Below are positions 15,462-25,218 of a stretch of DNA of 64,000 nucleotides, piece after piece (within the stretch, counting starts at the first letter, position 1; the number at the start of each line of letters is the position of its first letter). Made by a program: the position numbers and the translations under genes. The stretch is from an uncultured Rhizobium sp. (GTDB lineage Bacteria > Pseudomonadota > Alphaproteobacteria > Rickettsiales > UBA1997): positions 989-64,988 of the forward strand of contig CAZICL010000006.1 in the NCBI GenBank assembly GCA_964537735.1, written 5' to 3'. Below the pieces are notes generated by a model, which was not told where the DNA came from, ran no database searches, and saw only the letters and a program-made list of their open reading frames with translations.

Positions 15462-18400
15462 AGCAGAAAAGTTTTTTCAAAAATTAATTGAGGCACGCAG
15501 CCTGGTTTTGATTATCTTTGGCTTCATTGCACTATGTGGTTTTTATTCATTACAACATATCAAACTTGATGCCATTCCCGACATCACCAACAAGCAAGTC
15601 ATTGTAAATACCAAAACTTACGGGATGGATCCCACCCGCGTTGAAAAATCCGTCACTTACCCCATTGAAGCCGAGCTTTACGGGATTCCCAAACTTGTTG
15701 AAATGCGCTCACTTTCTAAGTTTGGCCTGTCCCAGATTATCCTCATTTTCAAAGAAGACGTCGATATAAATTTTGCCAGAAATCAAGTGGTGCAAAGACT
15801 ATCGGCACTTGGCGATCAGATTCCGCCGAATATTAAACCTACAATTGCACCGCCAACTACCGGCATCGGCGAAATCATCATTTACCGTCTTTATAATCCG
15901 GATGGTAGCAACAATTTGATGGAACTGCGCACCATTCAGGAATTTGAAATTGCCCGCGAATTAAAGAAAGTCAGCGGCGTTGCTGAAATTGATACCATTG
16001 GCGGTTTTGAGCGTCAGATGCACTTAAATATCGACCCCCGCAAAATTACCGACTATGGCATGACTGCCGAAAAGTTGATCAATCAAATTCAAACTCTCGG
16101 TGAAAATTTTGGCGGCGGCTATATTGAAAAAGACAACAAACAAAAAGTTGTTCGCACTTACTCCAACATTAAAAGCTTTGACGATGTGATGAACGTTCCA
16201 GTCAAAGTCGATTATAACGGCAATATTTTGCCCTTGCGCCAGCTTGTAGAAATAAGACAGGAAGAATCACAAAGATTGGGAGCTGCAACGTACAATGGCG
16301 AAGAAGCGGTGATTGGTACAGTAATGTTACAATCCGGCGAAAACAGCCAGGAAGTTTTAACCAAAGTCAAACAAGCTATCGCCAAGATTAACGCCTCACG
16401 CGATGATGCCAAAATTGAAATTCTTTACGATCGCCAATTTTTGATTAACGCCACCATCAAAACCGTGATGCGCAATTTATGCGAAGGTATTTTACTGGTA
16501 GTGGGAGTTTTGTGCTTAATTCTGGGTAATATCCGCGCCGGCCTGGTGGTTTCATCGTCATTATTATTTTGTATTTTTATTCTCGGTTTATGCATGAGAT
16601 TTTTTGGCATCTCTGCCAATTTGATGAGCCTTGGCGCAATTGATTTCGGTATATTGGTCGATTCTTCAGTGGTAATTGTGGAATATCTGGTCAGCCAAAT
16701 GCATCGCATCAAAAGCCGTGAAGAGAAAATAGCAGTTATTTCTCACCTTACCGCCCAAGTTGCAAAACCAACTTTTGTCGGCATCACCATCATCACCATA
16801 GTTTACATACCGATTTTGATGTTTAGCGGTGTTGAAGGCAAAACTTTCCAACCCATGGCCATCAACGTTATTATCGCTATGATCGCTAGTTTGATTACGG
16901 CATTTTTATTGATGCCGGTTTTGTCATATTTTTTCATCAAAGATGTTAAACATCGCAGCAGTAAAATTTACGAATATTTGCTGCAAGCTTACGAAAAAAT
17001 TCTCGATTTTACTTTAGATAACGGCCGCAAAATTATCGCCGGCTGCCTTATTTTCTTCGTCTCATCGATATCTTTGATTTTTTTTATGCCTTCGGATTTT
17101 TTACCGAATTTAAACGAAGGAGATCTTGTTTTTACTGTCATTGAACCAGAAGGCACCAGCCTTAGCAAAACCATCGAAACTGCTAAAAAATTTGAAACAC
17201 ACCTAAAAAATGAAGTAGAAATTGATAAGGTTTTTTCACGCATTGGCGCAGGAAAATCAGGCATTGACCCCGCATCGCAAAATATTTGCGACATGTTTGT
17301 GATTCTGAAGCCAGAATATAAAACCTCAGCACCACAAATAGCAGAAAGACTGCAACAAAAGCTGAAGGAGCTTCCGTGCCAGGATTGCAACATTATTGCT
17401 ACCAAACCAATTGAAATGCGCTTTAACGAAATGCTCGAAGGCAGCCGTGCTGATCTTTCTATGCGCGTTTTCGGCGATAATTTGGAACAGCTGGTAGAAA
17501 TTAATCAGAAAATTCATGAATTGCTGAAAAACAAAACGCAGATTAAAGAAATTGAAGAAGACATCTTAAATTCAATACATCAGGGCTATTTCGTTGATGT
17601 CATTCCAAATTATCAGCAAATCGTCAAACATCAGGTTACACTTTCAGACATCAACCGCGATTTAAGTTCAGCAATGGCAGGAGTTGAAGTGGGGAAATTT
17701 TATGCTACCGAATTTCCGATCTCAATCCTCGTGCATCTTGATGAAGCAAATCGCCGTCGTCTGCAATCAATTGAAGATATTCCGGTAAATCTAAAGCAAG
17801 GCGGCAGCTTTCCTTTATCAAGAGTAGTTTCAGTGCGTGAAAGCACTAATATCAACTCTATCCCGCGTATTTTTGGTCAACGCTATGCCTCACTTTCGAT
17901 CTATTTGAAAGACACTTATTACGAAAAATTCATCGCCGATGCCGAAAAAGAAATTAAGCAAAACAACATCTTGCCACCAAACTATAACATTGAATGGAAG
18001 GGCCGATTCAAAAATTTTAACAATGCTAAAAAGAAAATATTCTCCACCATTCCATTGATAATTTTGGCCATCTTGTTCATTTTATATAAAATGTTTGGCG
18101 ATTACAAAAAAGTTCTGATTGTACTTTCTTCTGTACCTTTTGCCTTAAGCGGCGCGGTCATATTGCTTTTTGCCTGTCATATTCCGATCACAATTTCGGT
18201 CTATGTCGGTTTTATCGCACTGATTGGTATCAGCCTGCTTAATTCAATTATTTTAATTAATAGCCTGAAGAAAAACGCCAATCTAAAATCGGTTTGCCTC
18301 TCTCGCTTTCGTCCAATTTTAATGACGGCGATTGTGGCAAGTTTGGGATTTTTGCCGATGTCATTTGGACACGGAATTGGTGCAGAAGTGCAACAACCAA

Positions 18401-18495
18401 TCGCCATTACAGTGATTGGCGGTATTATTAGTTCCACCATTACAACATTGGTTTTAATCCCAACATTAATAAAAAAATTTCTTAGACACCGTTAG
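15454..18495 (+). CDS. CusA/CzcA-family RND efflux permease
   Basis: The ORF track gives 15430, but the ATG at 15454 (MTKAEKFFQKLIEARSLVLIIF) is the more plausible start. The protein has about 1013 aa and 12 TM segments, and the LDAIPDITNKQVIVNT block is typical of heavy-metal-efflux RND pumps. Confidence 0.9.
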   Translation: MTKAEKFFQKLIEARSLVLIIFGFIALCGFYSLQHIKLDAIPDITNKQVIVNTKTYGMDPTRVEKSVTYPIEAELYGIPKLVEMRSLSKFGLSQIILIFKEDVDINFARNQVVQRLSALGDQIPPNIKPTIAPPTTGIGEIIIYRLYNPDGSNNLMELRTIQEFEIARELKKVSGVAEIDTIGGFERQMHLNIDPRKITDYGMTAEKLINQIQTLGENFGGGYIEKDNKQKVVRTYSNIKSFDDVMNVPVKVDYNGNILPLRQLVEIRQEESQRLGAATYNGEEAVIGTVMLQSGENSQEVLTKVKQAIAKINASRDDAKIEILYDRQFLINATIKTVMRNLCEGILLVVGVLCLILGNIRAGLVVSSSLLFCIFILGLCMRFFGISANLMSLGAIDFGILVDSSVVIVEYLVSQMHRIKSREEKIAVISHLTAQVAKPTFVGITIITIVYIPILMFSGVEGKTFQPMAINVIIAMIASLITAFLLMPVLSYFFIKDVKHRSSKIYEYLLQAYEKILDFTLDNGRKIIAGCLIFFVSSISLIFFMPSDFLPNLNEGDLVFTVIEPEGTSLSKTIETAKKFETHLKNEVEIDKVFSRIGAGKSGIDPASQNICDMFVILKPEYKTSAPQIAERLQQKLKELPCQDCNIIATKPIEMRFNEMLEGSRADLSMRVFGDNLEQLVEINQKIHELLKNKTQIKEIEEDILNSIHQGYFVDVIPNYQQIVKHQVTLSDINRDLSSAMAGVEVGKFYATEFPISILVHLDEANRRRLQSIEDIPVNLKQGGSFPLSRVVSVRESTNINSIPRIFGQRYASLSIYLKDTYYEKFIADAEKEIKQNNILPPNYNIEWKGRFKNFNNAKKKIFSTIPLIILAILFILYKMFGDYKKVLIVLSSVPFALSGAVILLFACHIPITISVYVGFIALIGISLLNSIILINSLKKNANLKSVCLSRFRPILMTAIVASLGFLPMSFGHGIGAEVQQPIAITVIGGIISSTITTLVLIPTLIKKFLRHR

Positions 18496-18544
18496 ATAAT
18501 TAATTTAGTTAATATCTCCCCTACCAACCAAACCAAAAACACTC

Positions 18545-19099
18545 ATGAAAATTAAATCCTTATTTTTAGTGGCCTTCTTTGTCTCTTGCTCAATGAATAG
18601 CGCCAATGCCAAATTTCAGATCAAAAGTTCTGATATCGAGATCAACGCGATGATTACTAATAAGTTTGTCTTCCGCGGATTTGGTTGTTTGGGTGAAAAT
18701 ATTTCACCGCAAATTAGCTGGAGCAACGCCCCAATTGGCACTAAAAGTTATGCTCTAACTGTTTTCGACCCAGATGCACCCTCAGGAAGCGGTTGGTGGC
18801 ACTATGTTGCAGTTAATATTCCCCTCACTTACTCACAATTTCCCACCGGATTTGCTTCAGAAAACAAATTCAACCTCAAGGATGGCATCAACCAAGTACG
18901 CAATGACTTCGGGATTTATAATTTTGGTGGCCCTTGTCCGCCTATTGGCCACAAGATTCATCATTATGTTTTTACTATTCACGCCCTTAAAACTGACAAG
19001 ATCAACATTCCCGAAACCGCCACTGCAGCACTCGCTGGATATATGATCAACCAAAACTCCATCGACCAAACCAGCTTCACAGCTTTGTATAAAAGATAA
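18545..19099 (+). CDS. YbhB/YbcL-family (PEBP/Raf-kinase-inhibitor-like) periplasmic protein
   Basis: 184 aa with a signal peptide (FFVSCSMNSANA) and PEBP motifs (FDPDAPSGSGWWHYVAVNIP, GHKIHHYVFTIHAL). Confidence 0.85.
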   Translation: MKIKSLFLVAFFVSCSMNSANAKFQIKSSDIEINAMITNKFVFRGFGCLGENISPQISWSNAPIGTKSYALTVFDPDAPSGSGWWHYVAVNIPLTYSQFPTGFASENKFNLKDGINQVRNDFGIYNFGGPCPPIGHKIHHYVFTIHALKTDKINIPETATAALAGYMINQNSIDQTSFTALYKR

Positions 19100-19177
19100 T
19101 ACTCTTTACTAAAAGAGACTGTTACAAAATTTACAAAAATATCGCTCTTCGGATTACGTCCTGAAAGGCCTGAGATA

Positions 19178-19207
19178 GATTTTGGGCACATGCCCAAAAT
19201 CTTTTTT
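19178..19207 (+). terminator. putative rho-independent terminator downstream of the PEBP gene
   Basis: gattttgggca-ca-tgcccaaaatc hairpin followed by TTTTTT. Confidence 0.6.
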
Positions 19208-19316
19208 GAAAGGGCAGCTATAGCAAATCAATTTTCTTTGCTATATGGCACTTCCACCACCTCTGATGAGACTGTCACAACTCGTGGCGCATAAGAAATT
19301 AAAATATACCTCTTTT

Positions 19317-20234
19317 TTACCCGACCAAATCTTTCGCAAAAGATTTGGCATCAAATTCTTGCAAATCTTCGATTTTTTCTCCCAAGCCAATGGCGTAAAT
19401 CGGCTTTTTAAATTTATCGGCCAAAGCCACAACCACTCCACCTTTTGCAGAGCCATCAAGTTTAGTAATTATTAACCCCGTAATTCCAACGATCTGATTA
19501 AAAACTTCTAACTGCTGTTTAGCATTTTGACCAATTGTAGCATCCAAAATTAATAGATTTTCCTGCGGCGCTTGCGGATCAATCTTTTTCAGCACCGTAT
19601 TTATTTTCTTCAACTCATCCATCAAATTTTGTTTATTTTGCAGGCGGCCGGCCGTGTCAACCAACAAAAAATCTACTTGTTTAGTTTTTGCCAAACTCAA
19701 CGCACGATGCGCCACCGCCGCCGGATCTTCACCATCTTTTGTAGCTGCGATAATTTCGCAATCAGCTCTCTTGGCCCACACTTCTAACTGCTGCGCAGCT
19801 GCTGCTCTGAAAGTATCGCAAGCTGCAATCATTACGCTTTTTTTCTGATTTTTTAGGTTAAAAGCAATTTTACCAATTGTAGTAGTTTTTCCTGCGCCAT
19901 TAACACCGTTAAAGATTATCACTTGTGGCTTAGCGTCGCTATTGACTTGCAAGGCTTGTTGACAAGGCAACAATATTTTTTCTACTTCGGAGCTTAAGAA
20001 ATTTTTTACTTCCTCAACTGTAATATTTTTTTGAAATTTCTTAGCCCGTAATTCAGCAATCATTTTCGTCGCCGTATCAGTGCCCACATCGGCTATTATC
20101 AAGGCCTCTTCTAGCTCATCAATAATTTCATCATCCAGTTTCTGGTGAGTAAAAATTTGTGAAATCGCTTGTGAGATTTTTGATTTCTGCCGCGCTTCTC
20201 CGACACTTTTCGACTTAGAAAAAAAACTGAACAT
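19317..20234 (-). CDS. ftsY: signal recognition particle receptor FtsY (short form, NG domain)
   Basis: 305 aa with SRP GTPase motifs (GVNGAGKTTTIGK, DTAGR, TKLDGSAKGG). Confidence 0.95.
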   Translation of the reverse strand: MFSFFSKSKSVGEARQKSKISQAISQIFTHQKLDDEIIDELEEALIIADVGTDTATKMIAELRAKKFQKNITVEEVKNFLSSEVEKILLPCQQALQVNSDAKPQVIIFNGVNGAGKTTTIGKIAFNLKNQKKSVMIAACDTFRAAAAQQLEVWAKRADCEIIAATKDGEDPAAVAHRALSLAKTKQVDFLLVDTAGRLQNKQNLMDELKKINTVLKKIDPQAPQENLLILDATIGQNAKQQLEVFNQIVGITGLIITKLDGSAKGGVVVALADKFKKPIYAIGLGEKIEDLQEFDAKSFAKDLVG

Positions 20235-20238
20235 GGTT

Positions 20239-21204
20239 TTATTTGCTTAAATAATTTTCTGGATTCACCGCATCACGCCCCTTACGCAGACCGAAATAAA
20301 GCTGAGGTGATGTAACATTTCCGGTTGATCCAACTTCACCAATTTTGCTTGATTTACTTACCTTCTGTCCACGCTTCACCGTAATTCTCGACAAATGGGC
20401 ATAAGCCGTAATCCATCCTCCAGAATGTTTGATAATAATCAGGTTGCCGTAACCCTTCAATTCATTGCCGGCGTAAGAAATAACACCATCTTCAGCAGCT
20501 GTGACAGTAGCACCTTCCGAGCCTTTAATGTTGATCCCATCATTATAAAGACCACCACTTTTAGGACCGAATTTTGAAATAATCTGACCGCGTAAAGGCC
20601 AAGCAAAATGATTGAGTTTATCGAGAATTTTTTCGACGAATCCCGGAGAATTATTAGATGATGGCGATCCGTATTTTTCCGTTGTTACAACTCTAGTCGG
20701 AGTCACTTCATCACTGCCATTGTTGAAATGAACTATTCTGATTTTTTGCCCAACTTCTAAATGATAAGGAGATTTCAAATCATTCATTTCTATCAAACTG
20801 CCAATATTCATTTTGTAGGTGCGGGCAATTGAATAAAGTGTATCACCAGCTACAGTAATGTGATAAGTTGGCGCTGGGATCGTTAGCTTGTCACCAGGTT
20901 GTAATTTATAAGGCGCCGTCAAATTATTCTGCTTAATCAAATCGCGTAACGGCACCTGATATTTCTTCGAAACGACGTAAATTGTATCACCCTTGCTAAC
21001 TTCAATTTGGTGGTTACGCAATACTATCGGACGCACCGTATTTCTGCCATTACTACGATATTTATCTTTATTATAGCTGCTATTTTTCCCGTAAAAACTC
21101 TGTCCACGATTTACCACCTGCGCTTGCTTGTGTGAACAGGCAAAACACAGAGACAGAAACATTAGTGCTACAAAGGCTTTGAAGCTTGTTTTTGTTTTGC
21201 TCAT
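20239..21204 (-). CDS. LysM-domain M23 family metallopeptidase (NlpD-like)
   Basis: 321 aa with a lipoprotein-type signal (LSLCFACS), two LysM repeats (GDTIYVVSKKYQV..., GDTLYSIARTYKM...) and a C-terminal M23 core (GINIKG...HLS...GSTG). Confidence 0.85.
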   Translation of the reverse strand: MSKTKTSFKAFVALMFLSLCFACSHKQAQVVNRGQSFYGKNSSYNKDKYRSNGRNTVRPIVLRNHQIEVSKGDTIYVVSKKYQVPLRDLIKQNNLTAPYKLQPGDKLTIPAPTYHITVAGDTLYSIARTYKMNIGSLIEMNDLKSPYHLEVGQKIRIVHFNNGSDEVTPTRVVTTEKYGSPSSNNSPGFVEKILDKLNHFAWPLRGQIISKFGPKSGGLYNDGINIKGSEGATVTAAEDGVISYAGNELKGYGNLIIIKHSGGWITAYAHLSRITVKRGQKVSKSSKIGEVGSTGNVTSPQLYFGLRKGRDAVNPENYLSK

Positions 21205-21271
21205 GTTGGATTTTATTTTGATCAGTCAGGTCTAACTTTAAGAGGCTTGGGTCAAACAATCAATTACCGAC

Positions 21272-22081
21272 ATGGATTTTTTCGCAATTCTAAATTCACA
21301 ACTTTCTTCTTCAGCGCAAGTTTTTTTAGTAACAATTTTTGGCCTTATATTTGGCTCATTCGCCAGTCTTTTAAGCCATCGCTTGGTCAGCGGCGAATCA
21401 ATTATTTTCGCCAGATCACAATGTCCAAAATGCCACTACAAACTTCAAATCAAAAATTTAATACCGTTATTTTCCTGGTTGTTGCAACGCGGCAAATGCA
21501 GCAATTGTCACAGTAAAATCTCTGTGCGTTATCCCATAATTGAACTGAGCTTCGCTGTTGCCTTCGTAATTATTTATTTTGTTGGCGGCCAAAAAATTGA
21601 CTATCGTTTAATACTGCTATGCCTGATTTCCTTTGCGCTAATCATGATGTGCATCACCGATCTTGAGCATTATTTTATTCCCAATTCACTGCAATATTTG
21701 CTGACAATATTTGTCATCTTGCTGCGCATTAATGACGACGGAGTTTATGGTTCTCTCACCTATATTAAAGCGGCTTGTGCCTACGCCGGATTTGGTTTAG
21801 CCTTATTACTACTATTTTACGTCACCACCAAAACAGAGGCTATCGGCATTGATGATATTAAATTATTTTTCATCGCCGGACTGCTTTTAGGCATCAATAA
21901 TTTTCTGCTATTTATGATGATTAACGGCGTTATCGGTACAATTTTTGGGGCAATTTGGCAAAAAATAAAAAATGACGGCACCTTTCCTTTCGCACCTTCA
22001 ATCGCAATAGCCTTCTATATCGCTATGCTTTCCGGCGATAAGATTAATCTTGTTGAAACTTTAGGATCGCTAATTTTTTAA
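21272..22081 (+). CDS. pilD: A24-family prepilin peptidase
   Basis: 269 aa with the N-terminal Cys-rich box (CPKCHYKL...CSNCHSKISVRYPIIEL) and a polytopic body containing conserved Asp residues (ITDLEHYFIP, GIDDIKLF). Confidence 0.85.
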   Translation: MDFFAILNSQLSSSAQVFLVTIFGLIFGSFASLLSHRLVSGESIIFARSQCPKCHYKLQIKNLIPLFSWLLQRGKCSNCHSKISVRYPIIELSFAVAFVIIYFVGGQKIDYRLILLCLISFALIMMCITDLEHYFIPNSLQYLLTIFVILLRINDDGVYGSLTYIKAACAYAGFGLALLLLFYVTTKTEAIGIDDIKLFFIAGLLLGINNFLLFMMINGVIGTIFGAIWQKIKNDGTFPFAPSIAIAFYIAMLSGDKINLVETLGSLIF

Positions 22082-22816
22082 CAAAGAATTGCGAATGGTT
22101 TCGCGGTGAAAAAACTGGCGTTTTTTTTGCTCCGGATTTTTTTCTTCAAAGACGAATTTTTCCAAAAAAAATCCACTTAATTTTAAACCGTCAATTAGTT
22201 GCTCATCATCGTGATCTGAAGTACTAATCAGAAAATTTGGTAACTTTAATAGCTTGTTTTCATAAGGTTTCCCAGCTTGATATGACACAGCACGTCCTGA
22301 TTTTGGCGACACAAATACCAGATCATCTTCAGATTCTGTAACAGCGCAGGAAGACAGATCAATGCCATAGCCCAACGTTTTTAAAATCTTTAATTCCAAA
22401 CGAATATACTCAGCAAGAAATTCTTTTTTCTGACAATTTTCATCACTCAATTTCTGCAGAAAATCCTGCAATTTATCAAAAAGCATTTGGTGATTGTCGC
22501 GTTCCAAAAACACACTATCGATTATTGAAAATACTGAAGTGGCACAAGAAAGGCGTAATTTATCAAACATCATTTTAGCGCAAAAACTTCTCACCAAATC
22601 AACAGCGAAAAACTGTCCCAAATTTTCTTCAATTCTAGCGCGATATTCAAACGAAATCAAATTTCCGATTTGAAAATTAACCTTGTCTTTACTTGATTTT
22701 ACTGACTTCACGAATCCACGATAAACGCCGTGATGTTGTGAAAAAACTTTTACGATCAGTGAATTTTCACCGTATTTTTTTAGGCTGATGATAATTCCGT
22801 GATCGCTAAATTTCAT
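22070..22816 (-). CDS. recO: DNA repair protein RecO
   Basis: 248 aa with a RecO-like N-terminal OB region (GIIISLKKYGENSLIVKVFSQHHGVYRGFVK). It lies in an operon with miaA. Confidence 0.75.
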   Translation of the reverse strand: MKFSDHGIIISLKKYGENSLIVKVFSQHHGVYRGFVKSVKSSKDKVNFQIGNLISFEYRARIEENLGQFFAVDLVRSFCAKMMFDKLRLSCATSVFSIIDSVFLERDNHQMLFDKLQDFLQKLSDENCQKKEFLAEYIRLELKILKTLGYGIDLSSCAVTESEDDLVFVSPKSGRAVSYQAGKPYENKLLKLPNFLISTSDHDDEQLIDGLKLSGFFLEKFVFEEKNPEQKKRQFFHRETIRNSLLKN

Positions 22817-23687
22817 TGCTTAGAAAATTTAATGCTGCCGCAGAGTCAGTAAATACATGCTTTTGTGGCAATTGATGACGAAACCACGTGAGTTGTCTTT
22901 TAGCATAATTTCTGGTTTTTTGCTGAGCCATTTCAAGCATTTTTTGGCGACTAATTTTATTATCCAAATAGTCACGAATTTCAAAAAATCCTAATGTTTT
23001 AACAATCTGCCAATCATCTTCCATGCCTTGTTTTACAAGACTTTGCACTTCTTCGATGGCACCACAATTTAGCATTTTTTCAAAACGCAAATTACAATTT
23101 TCATAAAGTTGTTGGCGATCTGGATTTAAATTAATGTGCAAAAATTCCGCATGAGGAAAGAGTTTTTTTTGGTTTTTTTGCCATGCAGAGATCGGTTTTC
23201 CACTTTGCAATAAAACTTCATACTCCCTGATTAATCGCTGCTTATCCAGCGCTTGTCCTTGAGTAAATCTCTTAAATTCTTCGTGGCCTAATTCATCGTA
23301 AAGTTGGCGCGCTTGTTTTTTTACCGCATCCGAAATTTGTGGAATTTCCGAAATTCCTTCCACCAATTTTGAAATATACATACCGCTGCCGCCGACGATT
23401 ACTGGCAATTTATTTTCGTTCCACAGCCTTTCAATTATTGACTCCAGAAGATTTAACCAGATTGCAACTGAGGAATTTTCTGCAGGAGAAAAATGTGAAT
23501 ATAAAAAATGCGGCACTTTTTTTTGTTCCGCTAATGAAGGCTGAGAAGATAAAATCGGCAAAGCTCGATAAATCTGTAACGAGTCGGCATTAATAATCGC
23601 AATATGGCCCAAATCAGCCATCTTCAAGGCTAAATCCGACTTTCCCGATGCTGTTGGTCCCGAAATTATCGCGATTCTGTGAGACAT
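22806..23687 (-). CDS. miaA: tRNA dimethylallyltransferase
   Basis: 293 aa with the P-loop ISGPTASGKS, GGSGMY, and a C-terminal YAKRQLTWFR block. Confidence 0.95.
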   Translation of the reverse strand: MSHRIAIISGPTASGKSDLALKMADLGHIAIINADSLQIYRALPILSSQPSLAEQKKVPHFLYSHFSPAENSSVAIWLNLLESIIERLWNENKLPVIVGGSGMYISKLVEGISEIPQISDAVKKQARQLYDELGHEEFKRFTQGQALDKQRLIREYEVLLQSGKPISAWQKNQKKLFPHAEFLHINLNPDRQQLYENCNLRFEKMLNCGAIEEVQSLVKQGMEDDWQIVKTLGFFEIRDYLDNKISRQKMLEMAQQKTRNYAKRQLTWFRHQLPQKHVFTDSAAALNFLSNEI

Positions 23688-24649
23688 TTTTTGAGATTTT
23701 TTAAATCTTCCGGCAAGTCAATTTCAAAGGACATTTCTTCTTTTGATCTTGGATGCAAAAAGCTGATTTTATAAGAATGCAACGCTTGTCTTGGAAAATT
23801 TTGTACCAAATTTTTGATTGCCACATCGAGATTTTTTGGCGCAGTTTTTTTTGCCGAATTATAAAGCTGATCACCAACCAAAGAATGCTTCACCGATTCA
23901 AGATGAACGCGAATTTGATGAGTTCTGCCGGTTTGCAATTTGCACTCAAGTAAGCTGACAAAACCTTCGCAAAAAGTTTCGCGGGTTTCGTAGCTAGTAA
24001 TAGCTTCGCGCCCCAAAGTACGCGAGATCGACATCTTCACGCGATTATTTCTTGAGCGCACAATATTTTTTTCAATTATTGCTTTTGATGGCTGCAAAAC
24101 ACCGTAAACAAAGGCCAGATAAGTTCTTTTTATTTCGCGATCTTTTAGTTTTTGGCTTAAAATTTGATGCGTAAAATCATTCTTGGCAACCAGCATCAAA
24201 CCAGATGTATGGCGGTCTAAACGATGAACAATGCCTGGTCGGAATTCACCATTAATTGCTGAAAGTTTATTAGCGTGAGTAAATAAAAGCGCATTTACCA
24301 AAGTATCTTCTTGATTGCCGGCACCTGGATGGACAGTCAATCCGGCTGGTTTATTAATCACCAAAAGATCGTCATCTTCAAAAATAATGTCGAAGGGAAT
24401 TTCCTTAGCTAACAAATGTGACGGTCTGGGATCTGGCAAATTAACAAAGATTTTTTGACCCAGTTTTGTTTTTTGGGAGGCGCTTTCAAATAGATTATTC
24501 TTGTCATCCCACACCGCTTTGGCATCGATTAAATGCTGAATTTTGCTACGTGTAACTTCCGGCTTCTCTGCCAAAAACTTCAATGCCAGAAATTTATCAA
24601 GCCTTAGACCCGATTCATTCTCACCAACCTCAAATTCAAACTTTTCCAT
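23666..24649 (-). CDS. rluD: RluA-family 23S rRNA pseudouridine synthase (RluD-like)
   Basis: 327 aa with an N-terminal S4-like domain and the catalytic HRLDRHTSGLMLVAK motif, followed by GRTHQIRVH. Confidence 0.85.
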   Translation of the reverse strand: MEKFEFEVGENESGLRLDKFLALKFLAEKPEVTRSKIQHLIDAKAVWDDKNNLFESASQKTKLGQKIFVNLPDPRPSHLLAKEIPFDIIFEDDDLLVINKPAGLTVHPGAGNQEDTLVNALLFTHANKLSAINGEFRPGIVHRLDRHTSGLMLVAKNDFTHQILSQKLKDREIKRTYLAFVYGVLQPSKAIIEKNIVRSRNNRVKMSISRTLGREAITSYETRETFCEGFVSLLECKLQTGRTHQIRVHLESVKHSLVGDQLYNSAKKTAPKNLDVAIKNLVQNFPRQALHSYKISFLHPRSKEEMSFEIDLPEDLKNLKKCLTESR

Positions 24650-25052
24650 TTATCACAACCTCTCTTTGTTCTTCGATAAGAATTTTAATTTCTATTTCTG
24701 TGTAGTTTTTTGGCAAAAAATCTGCCGCAATTTCTGGCCATTCAATTAAAGAAATGCCATTTTTCAAAGCATCAAAAAAACCAATATTCTCCAGTTCTTC
24801 AGCATTTTTTAAACGATAAAGATCAAAGTGAAAAACTTCACCTTTCTTAGTGTCATAGGAATAACATAAATTGAAAGTCGGACTTAAGATTTCACTCGGC
24901 TTTTCCTGCAGCGCATTAATAAAATTTTTCGCAAAAAAACTTTTGCCAGCACCCAAAGTTCCCTTTAAAGCGATTACATCTCCTACTTGCGCTGAAGCCG
25001 CCACTTGATGCGCAAAACTTATCATCTCTTCTTTAGTCGTTATTTTTAACAT
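24636..25052 (-). CDS. tsaE: tRNA t6A biosynthesis ATPase TsaE
   Basis: 138 aa with GTLGAGKS and the HFDLYRL and IEWPE motifs. Confidence 0.9.
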   Translation of the reverse strand: MLKITTKEEMISFAHQVAASAQVGDVIALKGTLGAGKSFFAKNFINALQEKPSEILSPTFNLCYSYDTKKGEVFHFDLYRLKNAEELENIGFFDALKNGISLIEWPEIAADFLPKNYTEIEIKILIEEQREVVINGKV

Positions 25053-25054
25053 AT

Positions 25055-25213
25055 TTAAAGTTGTGTTCTAGGGCGCTTCTGGGCAGGAGCTAGTGACTCA
25101 GAATCAGAAGCATTAGTTGAAGTTGATGGAAGAGATTCACCTAATTTTTTTTCTATTTTATTTTGAAAATCTCTACAAGTTTTTTTAGCATCTTCATCAC
25201 TAAATTCTGACAT
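25055..25213 (-). CDS. small orphan ORF (52 aa) with a Ser/Asp-rich tract and a C-terminal KRPR patch
   Basis: Not in the supplied track because it is under 60 aa. I translated it by hand: MSEFSDEDAKKTCRDFQNKIEKKLGESLPSTSTNASDSESLAPAQKRPRTQL. It fills the whole xthA-tsaE gap (5 nt and 2 nt spacers), and its tail is paralogous to the tail of the 193-aa ORF. Confidence 0.5.
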   Translation of the reverse strand: MSEFSDEDAKKTCRDFQNKIEKKLGESLPSTSTNASDSESLAPAQKRPRTQL

Positions 25214-25218
25214 CTTTC

